Below, piece by piece: positions 31,751-53,500 of a stretch of DNA of 64,000 bases. A model generated the notes under the pieces. The model searched no databases. It was not told the DNA's origin and saw only the letters and a list, made by a program, of their open reading frames with translations. Both the position numbers and the translations under genes were made by a program. Source of the DNA: the human T2T-CHM13v2.0 reference genome, Homo sapiens. How positions within the stretch are numbered: position 1 is the stretch's first letter; every line of letters begins with the position of its first letter. Location of the stretch: the NCBI RefSeq assembly GCF_009914755.1, contig NC_060935.1. One strand, written 5' to 3'.

Positions 31751-32973
31751 GCCCATTTAATTTCATGTTTGACCAACTTTGCTCAGTTTGAAAAAATTGA
31801 GTTGGGTTTATACCAAGCAGGAACTAAACATCCAGACTGACGAATGTATAGTGGATATGTTGCTACTATATCCTAAAAGGATTATTTTGCTAATGTTTGA
31901 AAGCTTCTCATCATTTTAAAAAACACAGAGAGAGACCTTAATTTGCACACTGCAAAAAACAAGTTTTATGAAATAGCACAAACATAAAATTGTAAAGTTT
32001 ATGTGAAACATTAAGGGTAAATGGAATAGGATCCCCTTCTCCCTGATGACCACCTGGAAACAATGGCTGTCCCAGACCCCTCTTGACTCAACTGAGAGAG
32101 GAGGGGATCAATATTTCAGTAAATTAGGGTCTCCCAGGATGCAGGTTGGAAAGTTCTGGTCTATACCACTGAAAGGGCACATGTCCAGATTTTCCTGCTA
32201 ATCCTACAGGCACAAGATAATATTCGGCCAGTTAACCTGCATCAGTTGTTAAAATACTGAGATACTACCATGTCAGCCAGTAAATAGCCACTACCCTAAA
32301 TCCTACAATTCCTGCCAACCTAATCCTTTTGCCAAGAGGCCCTGACCCTCATCCCAGCCTGCGACCAAATGGGGGTGGGTGGTAGTTGAAAAGCTTATTT
32401 ACAAATAAAGAAATAGCTTATTTACAAAGTAAGAAGAAAGCTTATTCACAAAAGACAAATATGCTGTCCAAAACAAAATTCAAACTCTAGGCTTCAAATT
32501 AGTTGAGTCTGACTACCTCAACATGGCCTATTTTAAACCTCCCAATTAAGAAAAACAATCAAAGCCAGAATATGTCACAACATAGTGACAAAAACAATAC
32601 ATATGAGGCCCTTTAAATTTGCCCAAATTATTGCAAAAATCTGAATGTCCAAATTATTGCAAAAATATGAATGTAAGATAAATAAATGCATTGCCTTAAA
32701 AAGCCTCTTATGACTCAGGCTATTTTTTCTACCCTATATTCCCATATTTGTTACATTTTATGGCACTTAAAAAAACACTTATTTCTATCATTAGCTACCC
32801 TCTTTATACCGCATCTGACTCCTTCTTGCCTAGGAAAAAGGGAACTCTTGCAATTATTTTCTATTTCTATCTTCGATAAAGATAATCTAGAAATAGGTGG
32901 ACCTAAAAGCCTAGCCAGTGATCATTTATTTGCAAAAGGCATACCATTCATTTTGTTCAGGTGAATAACTTTA

Positions 32974-33567
<594 letters not shown>

Positions 33568-34046
33568 TAGTACACAGGTTGTACATCGCATCCTAATGGT
33601 GTGAATGCAATAAAGAAAACAATTTGTGGTCATTTTTATAACCTACCACACCATGGTAGATTTCTACTCAGAGTAAATTGTTTTTCAACTGACACCCAGA
33701 TAAGGATATAATTCATTCTACCATAGCTGTGTAAACGAAAACCACTTAAATGAAATCTCTGTTAAGAGAAGGATGACTTTTCCGCTCATTATTGTATTCC
33801 CAGTATCTGTTAATTGTCAGGAATTTAATAGGTGGTAATTAAAATAGCTGTTTAATTAGTGAACAAGGTCTGCACATGGAAAATTCGAATGTTATCTACT
33901 AATTACAAAACTTACTAGCTACATTTCATTACAGCAAACTGTTTAGCAGTCCATGTTTTATAAAGACTTCCTAGGTCCAGTAATTGTATCCAAAACATTA
34001 CAACAGAAGCTCAAATCTCCAACCAAAACTTGAAGTCAACGATTAG

Positions 34047-41506
<7,460 letters not shown>

Positions 41507-44045
41507 TTGAGTGAGTTTCTTAATCCTGAGTTCTAGTTTGATTGCACTGTGGTCTGAGAGACAGTTTGTTATAATTTCTGTTCTTTTACATTTGCTGAGC
41601 AGTGGTTTACTTCCAACTATGTGGTCAATTTTGGAATAGGTGTGGTGTGGTGCTGAGAAAAATGTATATTCTGTTGACTTGGAGAGGAGATTTCTGTAGA
41701 CGTCTATTAGGTCCGCTTGGTGCAGAGCTGATTTCAATTCCTGGATATCCTTGTTAAATTTTTGTCTTGTTGATCTGTCTAATGTTGACAGTGGGGTGTT
41801 AAAGTCTCCCATTATTGTTGTGTGGGCATCTAAGTCTCTTTGTAGGTCTCTAAGGACTTGCTATATGAGTCTGGGTGCTCCTGTGTTGTGTGCACATATT
41901 TTTAGGATAGTTAACTCTTCTTGTTGAATGGATCCCTTTACCATTACGTAATGGCCTTCTTTGTCTCTTTTGATCTTTGTTGGTTTAAAGTCTGTTTTAT
42001 CAGAGACTAGGATTGCAACCCCTGCCTCTTTTTGTTTTCCATTTGCTTGGTAGATCTTCCTCCATCCCTTTGTTTTGAGCCTATGTGTGTCTCTCACATG
42101 AGATGGGTCTCCTGAATACAGCACACTGATGGGTCTTGACTCTTTATCCAATTTGCCAGTCTGTGTCTTATAATTAGAGCATTTAGCCCATTTACATTTA
42201 AGGTTAATATTGTTATGTGTGAATTTGATCCTGTCATTATGATGTTAGCTGGTTATTTTGCTCATTAGTTGATGCAGTTTCTTCCTAGTCTCGATGGTTT
42301 CTACAATTTGGCATGTTTTTGTAGTGGCTGGTACTGGTTATTCCTTTCCATGTTTAGTGCTTCCTTCAGGAGCTCTTTTAGGGCAGGCCTGGTGGTGACA
42401 AAATCTCTCAGCATTTGCTTGTCTGTAAAGTATTTTATTTCTCCTTCACTTATGAAGCTTAGTTTGGCTGGATATGAAATTCTGGGTCAAAAATTCTTTT
42501 CTTTAAGAATGTTCAATATTGGTCCCCACTTTCTTCTGGCTTGTAGAGTTTCTGCTGAGAGGTCAGCTGTTAGTCTGATGGGCTTCCCTTTGTGGGTAAC
42601 CTGACCTTTCTCTCTGGCTGCCCTTAACATTTCTTCCTTCACTTCAACTTTGGTGAATCTGATAATTATGTGTCTTGAAGTTGCTCTTCTTGACTATCTT
42701 TGTGGCATTCTCTGTATTTCCTGAATGTGAATGTTGGCTTGCCTTGCTAGATTGGGGAAGTTCTCCTGGATAATATCCTGCAGAGTGTTTTCCAACTTGG
42801 TTCCATTCTCCTTATTACTTTCAGGTACACCAATCAGAAGTAGATTTGGTCTTTTCACATAGTCTCATATTTCTTGGAGGCTGTGTTCATTTCTTTTTAT
42901 TCTTTTTTCTCTAAACTTCTCTTCTTGCTTCATTTCATTCATTTCATCTTCCATCACTGATACTCTTTCTTCCAGTTGATCGCATTGGCTACTGAGGCTT
43001 GTGCATTTGTCATGTGGTTCTCATGCCATGGTTTTCAGCTCCATCAGATCCTTTAAGGACTTCTCTGCATTGGTTATTCTAGTTAGCCATTCATCTAATC
43101 TTTTTTCAAGGTTTTTAACTTCTTTGTGATGTGTTCAAACTTCCTCCTTTAGCTCGGAGAAGTTTGATCATCTGAAGCCTTCTTCTCTCAACTCGTCAAA
43201 GTCATTCTCCATCCAGCTTTGTTCCCTTGCTGGTGAGGAGCTGCAGTCCTTTGGAGGGGGGAGAGGAGCTCTGATTTTTAGAATTTTCAGTTTTTCTGCT
43301 CTGCTTTATCCCCATCTTTGTGGTTTTATCTACCTTTGGTCTTTGATGATGGTGACATACAGGTGGGGTTTTGGTGTGGATGTCCTTTCTGTTTGTTAGT
43401 TTTCCTTCTAACAGTCAGGACCCTCACCTGCAGGTCTGTTGGAGTTTGCTGGAGGTCCACTCCAGACCCTCTTTGCCTGGGTATCAGCAGCAGAGGCTGC
43501 AGAACAGCGAATATTGCTGAACAGCAAATGTTGCTGTCTGATCGTCCCTCTGGAGATTTTGTCTCAGAGGGGTACCCGGCCGTGTGAGGTGTCAGTCTGC
43601 CCCTACTGGGGGATGCCTCCCAGATAGGCTACTCGGGGGTCAGGGACCCACTGGTGGAGGCAGTCTGTCCATTCTCAGATCTCAAACTCCGTGCTGGGGT
43701 AACCACTACTCTCTTCAAAGCTGTCAGACAGGGACATTTAAGTCTGCAGAGGTTTCTGCTGTCTTTTGTTTGGCTATGCCTTTCCCCAAGAGGTGGAGTC
43801 TACAGTGGCAGGCAGGCCTCCTAGAACTGTGGTGGGCTCCACCCAGTTCGAGCTTCCTTGACACCCTGCTTCAGCTCATGCTCCATGCACTGCACCCACT
43901 GTCCTGCACCCACTGTCCAACAAGCCCTGGTGAGATGAACCCGGTACCTCATTTGGAAATGCAGACATCACCCATGTTCTGCGTCGCTCACACTGGGAGC
44001 TGTAGACTGTAGCTGCTCCTATCAGCCATCTTGGAACAGCCCACC
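41507..44045 (-). mobile_element. L1PA5-like 5' half (5'UTR, ORF1, EN domain)
   Basis: 5' end ggtgggctgttccaagatggc; 5'UTR keeps a 128-bp segment absent from the neighbouring L1 and lacks ~300 bp near 43860. Confidence 0.88.
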
Positions 44046-44136
44046 TAGTTAGCTCTTCTTGTTGAATTGATCCCTTTACCATTAGGTAATGGCCTTCTTT
44101 GTCTCTTTTCATCTTTGTTGGTTTAAAGTCTGTTTT
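44046..44136 (-). mobile_element. Extra L1 ORF2 EN fragment abutting the L1 5' end
   Basis: Encodes KTDFKPTKMKRDKEGHYLMVKGSIQQEELT on the minus strand. Confidence 0.85.
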
Positions 44137-44504
44137 GGCTACCTTTATTTTTAAAAAATATTAGTCTAGACTCTGATGGAAGAAATATGGCATCATACAG
44201 AGAGCATTTTTGGACAGAAATAACATGGGGAAGAGAATACCTACACAAGCTGAAAGACAAAGAATTTATTTATTAACCCATATGTGTATTCCATAGTTGT
44301 AATAAAATATAGTTGGTTGTCTACCCACTATTCATTTTCCTTTATTTCTTCCTGAAAGGACTATTATTTTGTGTGGAAGGTAATGCAGCCATATAAATAA
44401 AGTCTTTATGTCCAAGCTTCCATTGTAGCTATGGTGGCACTTGTCTTAGTTTGCATTCCTGAGATATGGCTGTGAGTAAAGGTCATGTACTGGGGGAGAA
44501 ATTG

Positions 44505-44900
44505 TAGTGAAGAATGAAGCTTACCTAAAGACAAATCTGACCTTTGCCCTCAGCTACTGGGAGACAATCTCTGAATCACTGGAGTGTACTGCCTAATAAG
44601 AATGTCTTTCTTTGTTTGGAGGCTTTAGCCACTGGACAATCGAACAATGTGATTTGTGATGGGGTCTTTAGGATATTCTATGTCGATTTATACCTCCAGA
44701 GGCACTGGAGACTGAGGTATTATTCTGAACTTCCAGGAGTATCTTGAATCTTAGAGAGCAGTCAGTCATGTGGTCAGTAAATAATCAAGTCCCAATAAAA
44801 ACTCCGGACACCAAAAGTTCATGTGAGCTTCCTGGGTTAACAGTACTCCATGCATATTGCGACAGTTAATGGCAAGAAAGTAACACATCTTTGAGGACTA
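44505..44900 (+). mobile_element. MER21-like LTR fragment
   Basis: tctgacctttgccctcagctactgggaga...cccaataaaaactccggacacc...gagcttcctgg. Confidence 0.6.
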
Positions 44901-44901
44901 T

Positions 44902-45202
44902 TGTATTACACGTCCCACATGAGGTTACTTAAGGGTATATATTTGCCTGGTTCCTGAACCCTGAAGGCTGGGTTGTGAGCTAAGGCCATGGTGCCCAGTG
45001 AAGGAGCAGGTGTCCCTGAAAATCTAAACATCCCAGAGACTATCTGAGAACCTAACAAGAAAATCAGTCTCACTGCATTCACACAGTATACAAAAGGCCA
45101 AAAAATTACCTTAAAAGCAGTTTAGAGATGGGAAGAGGCATGGATCTCTAGAGCTCTCCTGCTGCTGTCCAAGAGTGTCCTGTAAGTCCTAATAAACACA
45201 TC
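44902..45202 (+). mobile_element. Second LTR fragment (family uncertain), truncated by the ERV
   Basis: Starts TGT; TATA-like ttaaaagc and AATAAA at 45191. Confidence 0.45.
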
Positions 45203-45657
45203 TGTGAGAAAACATTTTACATGGTCCATTTTCAAGATATGATAAATCTAAGTACTGGCAGCCAGCCTGCAGATGTGAGAAACCACACAGCTCATGCACC
45301 TAGAAATTCACAATAAGCAAACAGAATGTAGAGGATGGGTCAGCCCATAAAAGGGAAGTTTCATTATTGGGAAATCAAAACTTATGTGGGGAAGGAGACC
45401 AGGGCATAACCTTATAAGGGGGATAATGAAACTTAGGCAACATCCAGTAAGATTATAACCCCATAGTACTCAACCAGTGAGGAACTGGGGAAGGGACTCG
45501 TGTGCTAGGAGATAAATTACTTGCTGTAACTGCCCCAGGTGTGCCTGTCTGCCAGACACCCAATCTTGCAAGGCCACCATTAAAAGACTTGCTTCTGCTG
45601 TTCTTTGTGTCTCCGAGTCCATTCTCTGGGTTTCAACGGATGAATGTGTTTCTCACA
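45203..45657 (+). mobile_element. 5' LTR of a class I (gamma-like) ERV, LTR46/LTR15-like
   Basis: Inverted termini tgtgagaaa...tttctcaca; ATTAAA at 45579; PBS immediately downstream. Confidence 0.85.
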
Positions 45658-45661
45658 AACT

Positions 45662-45679
45662 TGGGGGCTCATCTGGGAT
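45662..45679 (+). promoter_or_regulatory. Primer binding site, tRNA-Pro
   Basis: tgggggctcatctgggat versus TGGGGGCTCGTCCGGGAT; both mismatches are CpG-type transitions. Confidence 0.9.
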
Positions 45680-46094
45680 CTATGAGCCTGTGTGGAGTGG
45701 GACTCCAGTTGAGAAGGGAGATGCCTCCCACCTGATTTAGGTGGCCCTCTCTGTCCAGATGTCCCGGCTCCCCACAGAGGCCATAGACAAACCTGAGACT
45801 GTTATTCAGAAGGCAGCAGAGACGACACAGGGAGAAAAGCAGGCACAGCAGCAACCAGGCAACCTCGTTCATGAGCCAAGGTAGGAAAATTGGACTCTAT
45901 GTACTGTCTTAGTGGTTGGAGGTCAAGTGTGTGTAACTGAGATGTATCCTAGATACAAAGTGAGTGCAGAGTTTTGTTCTCCTACAAGGGAAATGGCCAG
46001 AGATGGATGAAGCGATTCTCAGAGTGTGCAAAAAATCTCCAGTAGTGGGGGTTGAGTACACAAGGAAAAGTTCAGACACAGAGACTGACCAAAA

Positions 46095-47634
46095 ATGGGA
46101 AACAGAAATTCTAGGCCTAGGGGACAAAGGAAAGAGGGAGTCAAAGAGAATTCCTCTGACATTTTCCTGGATACTCCTTTGGGGATAATGCTGCAGGTTT
46201 GGAGGGACAACCCTCAAACCAGGGACAAGGAAAAGCAAAAGATGATAAAGTATTCCTGTCTTATCTGGCTCAAAGTCCTCATTCATAAGCCTTCAGTGTT
46301 TTGGCCCAAATTTGGCTCAGATGAGGATTGGGTGTGCCAAGCTTTAATCCTCTATGTGAATGATAAAACCCCATCCTCACAAGAGGAGATAGGTTATGCT
46401 CTTAGCTGGATCAAGGAATTAGTCCCCACATTCCCTCTCAAAGAAGAAGAAAAAAAAACTAGTAAAAAGCCCTTGCCCAGTGAAAAGCCCTGGGACCCCC
46501 CTATCACACTTGCCCCCTCCATATATCTCACAATATAGGAGACAGAAAGATCAAGGGGCAGCAGGTGGGTTAGAGGAGGAAAGACCTGGAGACCATGGGG
46601 GAGCCAAACCAACTCTTCCTTTCAATCCTAATCCAAATTTAAGAAAATAATTAGAACAGTGTAAGAGGAATATTGAGAAATTCCCTATTCCTTTCACACA
46701 ACAGGCATCTAGCATGTTTCCTCTTAGGGAAGTTCTCATGGGACAGGGAGAGAATGGCTTTGTAAATGTTCCTCTTACAAGTACTGAAGTTAAGAATTTC
46801 AAGAAGGAAATGAAACCACTCCTAGAAGATCCCCTCAGTTTAGCAGACCAGCTGGACCAATTCCTAGGACCTGGCTTTTACACCGAGCATGACCAGTTAA
46901 TAGAGGCAATACCCTCTTGGGAAGAAGTTTTGCCAGATGAACAAAAATTTTCAAATGTCGATCCCAAATGGTATAATAATGATCCCAGGGAATGGACCCA
47001 AATGCAGGACCTCAGGGAACTATAATTAAAGGGATCAAAGAGTCCACTTCTAGCACACCAAATGTCTCAAAAGCATTCAAGATTCAACAAGAAAAAGAGG
47101 TCACTCCCTCTGCATTTCTACAGAGGTTCAGAGATCAAATGAGAAAATACTCCAGATTAGATCCAGAGGACCTAGTAAGGCAAAGCCTTCTGAAGGTTAA
47201 CTTTGTAACTAAGAGCTGGCCTGACATTACAAAGAAATTACCAAAAAAACTGATTAATGGAATGAGAAACCAATTGAGGAATCACTGAGTGAAGCTGAGA
47301 AGGTCTTTGTAAGAAGAGAAGAGAAGCAGAAACAGAAAGCCAAAATCATAGTTTCCATTGTGGAAGAGGTAGTCAGAAAAAGGTTAGATCAAGATCCCCC
47401 TCAAAGTAGATAAGCTGTTGACACAGAGAAAGAAGGGAAACTCAGGGAAAACTCCTAAGACTAGCTGGATGTTACAATTGTGATAAGCCAGGGCATCTTA
47501 AGAGAGAATGCCCTGAATGGAAGAAAGAAGAAAAGGTTATCCCTCTCATGACCATTGATGAAGACTAGAAGGGTCAGGGATTCTTTCTGAGTAGGTCTCA
47601 CCAGGAACCCTTAATACATTTGAAGATGGGACCA
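46095..47634 (+). pseudogene. gag: Decayed ERV gag and start of protease
   Basis: MG N-terminus; MHR-like QQEKEVTPSAFLQRFR; CCHC knuckle CYNCDKPGHLKREC at 47470-47511; GAC-TAG (47566) followed by ggtcaggg and EPLI; several frameshifts and stops. Confidence 0.88.
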
Positions 47635-48065
47635 TGCTCAACACGACTACTTATCAGGGAAATGCAAGTCAAACTACAATGAGATATTTCTTCATGCTTG
47701 TTAGTATGGCTATTATTAAAAACACAAAATATAAGTGTTACAGGGATGTGGAGTAAAGGAAACCCTTGTATACTGTTGGTGGGAATGTAATTTGGTACAG
47801 CCAGTATGGGAAACAGTATAGAGGTTCTTCAAAAAGTTAGAATTAGAATTACCATATCATCAAGCAATTCTACTTCTGGTTATTATCCAAAGGAATCTAA
47901 ATCAGGATCTCCAGGAGATATCTTCATGCCCATATTTTTGCAATATGATTCACAATAGCTGCAATATTAAAACAACCTAAATGTCCATCAATGAATGAAT
48001 AAAGAAAAAGTAGTATACACACACACACACACACACACACACAGAGAAATAGTATTCAGTCTTTA
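47635..48065 (+). mobile_element. L1M ORF2 C-terminal fragment containing a (CA)n
   Basis: gggaaatgcaagtcaaactacaatgagata...aacaacctaaatgtccatcaa. Confidence 0.7.
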
Positions 48066-48069
48066 AAGA

Positions 48070-49775
<1,706 letters not shown>

Positions 49776-49818
49776 TTATATGTGTTTGTGTGTATGCATG
49801 TGTATATGAGTGTATGTA

Positions 49819-50547
49819 TGAATTAGTCCATTTTCACACTGCTATCAAGAAAGTACCCAAGACTGGGTAATTTATAAAGTAAAGAGGTTTGACTCACAGT
49901 TTCTCATGGCTGTGAGGCCTCACGAAACTTACTATTATGGCAGAAAACAAAGGGGAAGGGAGGCATGTCTTACATGGCAGCAGGCAAGACAGAAGAGTGC
50001 AGGGGAAAACTGCCAAACACTTTTTCAAAACCATCAGATTGCAAGAGAACTCACTCACTGTATTAGTCCATTTTCATGCTGCTAATAAAGACATACCCTA
50101 GACTTGGCAATTTATAAAAGAAAGAGGTTTAATGGAGCTAAAGTTCCACATGGCTGGGGAGGCCTCACAATCATGGCAGAAGGCAAGGAGGAGCAAGTCA
50201 CATCTTACATGGATGGCAGTAGGCAAAGACAGAGAGCTTGTCCAGGGAAACTCCCATTTTTAAAACCATCAGCTCTCATAAGACGTGTTTAGTATCAGGA
50301 GAACAGCATGGGAAAGACCTGCCCCCATGATTCAATTACCTCCCACCAGGTCCCTCACCCAACACATGGGAATTCAAGATGATATTTGGGTGGGGACACA
50401 GCCAAACCATTTCACCCACTATCACGAGAACAGCATGGGGGAAGCACGCCCATAATCCCATCACCTCCCACAGGGTCCTTCCCTTGGCACAAGGGGATTA
50501 CAATTTGAGATGAAATTTGAGTGGGTACACAGAGCCAAACCACATCA
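49819..50547 (-). mobile_element. MST LTR with nested THE1 LTR (50059-50414)
   Basis: Two tg(a/t)attagtccatttt starts and two ...gccaaacca..tca ends; inner TSD ctcac/cccac. Confidence 0.85.
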
Positions 50548-53500
50548 GTGTAAATACACACATTTAGTATGTATGTATGTGTGTGTGTGTGTCTACATAA
50601 AAATCAAACTTTTCTTCACAGCAAAAGTAAGCAAAGTAAAAAAATTAATATTGAGATATAAATAAACTAAATATCAACTCATATAAAGGAGGGTACTTAA
50701 CTCAATATCAATTTTAAAACAAAATACTTTTTCAGATGGCAACGTATATAACAGATAATTCACATAAAATAAAAAATTAATTATTCTGAGAAATATAAAA
50801 AGATATCCAACCTGGTTCATATGAGTAAAGGGCAAACAAAATATATTATTTTTCACTTATAAAAATAAATTTTAATAAAAGTTTCCTGTCTATTAGAATT
50901 TAGAGAAATAGTCACTAGATTTGGTAGAAGTAGTATAAATTGGTACAGCCTCTGGAGGGTACCTGAGCAATAAGTATCAAAAGTTATCATTATTATATCC
51001 TTTACACAGTTTCCTCTCCAAAATACCTTTTAATCCTACAGATATATTCACAATAATTTACAGTAACATTGTTTATATTAGTAAAATATTGAAATCAATC
51101 TAAATGTCACCAATGGGTGGGGGAAAGAGTCTGATTAAACAGAGTATGAATGCAACTGTTCAATAAAATATAATACAAACAATAAAAAGAGTGAGGCTTC
51201 TGTCTTCATACTGATGGAGACAAATCACCCCCAAACATGTGAATAATATGTATGAATAAGACATACATTGTCTTTTGTTGCTGGGGGAATAAAGTATATG
51301 AACATAATATGTTTTCGAATGCAAGGCAAGTCTTGTAAATCTGGAAGAATAACATGAACTTGTAACAGTGGTGATCCCCAGGGAAGGAAACTGAAGATCA
51401 GAAATCAAGGGAGGGGTGGGGACATGGTTTATACTCCATACACTTTCATATCTCTGAATTTTTACCATAAAATGATTTGTTATTTATCCCTCAAACTCAA
51501 AATAAGAGAAGCTGAGGGTAAGAAATAAAAGCAGGAAGAAAGAAAAAAGAGGGAAGAAAGAGAGGAAGAATAAAAGGGAGGAAGAAGGTTAAAAATAAAT
51601 TGTCAGTAGCAGGGCAATTCTCAAAAATGAAAGCAAAAAGTCCCTGCTGGCATTAAAACAAGAATTTTCTTCCCCCTGGAGAGCTTAACTTTGCTTCAGC
51701 AGAAAATAAGTAGCAAACATTGTTTTTCCCAGTTACATCTGAGCCCCTGGAACTTCAGGTTCTCCAGGGAGCGGGTATTGATCTCTTATGCCCCAGCTAT
51801 ATACTCACTGATGAGGAGGAACTGAAAAGAGAGACCTTGATCAGCAATCAGTGCCAGTTGCCTAAAGAGAATGTGTAGGCAACCTCAACGTAAGTAAAAC
51901 AAAGCAAATAGCATTTTGTTCAAAGTCTGCCATGTATCATGCCAGTGCATGGTGGAAATTTTGGAGCAAAAGGTTACTCAAATCCCCAGCATGTTTCACC
52001 TCAAAACCAGGAGGAATTACTTCATCCCTGGTAGTTTGATTCAGGCTGAGTATTACCTGGGAAAGAATATGAACGAACAAATGATTGAATGAATCAGTCA
52101 ATCGACTGATCAATTAAGCAATCAACACAATATGCCTTTAATGTATTATTTGGTATTAAAGTCATTGCTGGGCATATCTTCCATTCCCAGCCCCGTGTTG
52201 GGAATTTACATAAATTTGCTCACTTAAACCTCACATCACTGCACAAAAGACCTTACTTTTTTGCCTTCATTTTTTAACTTTTTATTAGGAAATATAGATT
52301 CACAGGAAGTTTCAAAGATAATAGGGAGAAGTTTCATATATCCTTCACTCACTTTTCCCTCAATGGTTCAATCTTACATAATTATAATATGACATCAAAA
52401 CAGGATTTTGATGCTGGGACAATTGTATGTATAGCTCTATGTCATTTCAAATGTGCGTAGATTTGTGTAGCTACGACTGCAGTTTAGATACAGACTTGTT
52501 TGATCATAGATCTCAGATTCTACATGTCTCCTTTGTGCTACCCCTTCTGGTCTTACCACACCCCTTCACTAACCACCCCAACCTCTAGCAATCACCAATC
52601 TGTTCTGTATTTCTATAATGTTGTAATTTTGGTAATATTTGTAACTGGAATTATATAGTATATGACCTTTTGATGTTGAATTTTTACACTCACAATAATG
52701 CCCTAGAGATTCATCCAAGTTTCTGCATATATCAACAGTTTATTTCTCTTTTATTTTGAGTAATATTCCATAGTATGGATGTACCACAATATGTTAAACC
52801 ATTCACTTATCATAGGGCATTTGATCATTTACAGTTTTTGGCTACTACCAATATAAATATTATAAAAAATTTTGTACAGCATTTTGTGTGAATATAAGTT
52901 TTATGCAAATATAATTGCCCGCAAGTCCAAGGACTGGGTTGTATAGTAAGTGTATGTCTAGCTATCTACACAACTGCCAGACTATTTTCCAGAATGACCA
53001 CCATTTTCACCAGCAGTGTATGAGAGATCTAGTTACTGTGTCTTTGCCAGCATTTGCTATTGTCATTGCTTTTTCATTTTAGCCATTCTGCAGTGACATC
53101 TCACTTGTAGTGTAGTGATAACTCATTTTGTTTTTACTTTGCATTTCCCTAATGACTAATGATGTTGGACATCTTTTCATCTGCTTATTTACCATCCATA
53201 TAGCACTTTTTGGTAAAATGTCTGTTCATGTCATTCCTTCATTTTCTAATGTGATTTTTTATTTTTAGTTTGAGAGTTCTTTATATTCTCTAAATGTATG
53301 TCCTTTATCAGATACGGCATTTTAAAATATTTTATTTTAGTCTGTAGTGTGCTTTTTCGTCCTCTTTAACAAAGCGAAAGCTTAATTTTAATGAGATTCA
53401 ATTACTGAGGTTTTTTTTGGGGGGAGGGGGATTGTTCTTTTGGTGTCATGTCTAAGAACCCTTCACAAGACCTATCCTAAAAATTTTGCCCTGAAGATTT

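Noticed and set aside
46095-47568. Domesticated gag gene
   Set aside because: Split into several short ORFs by frameshifts and stops.
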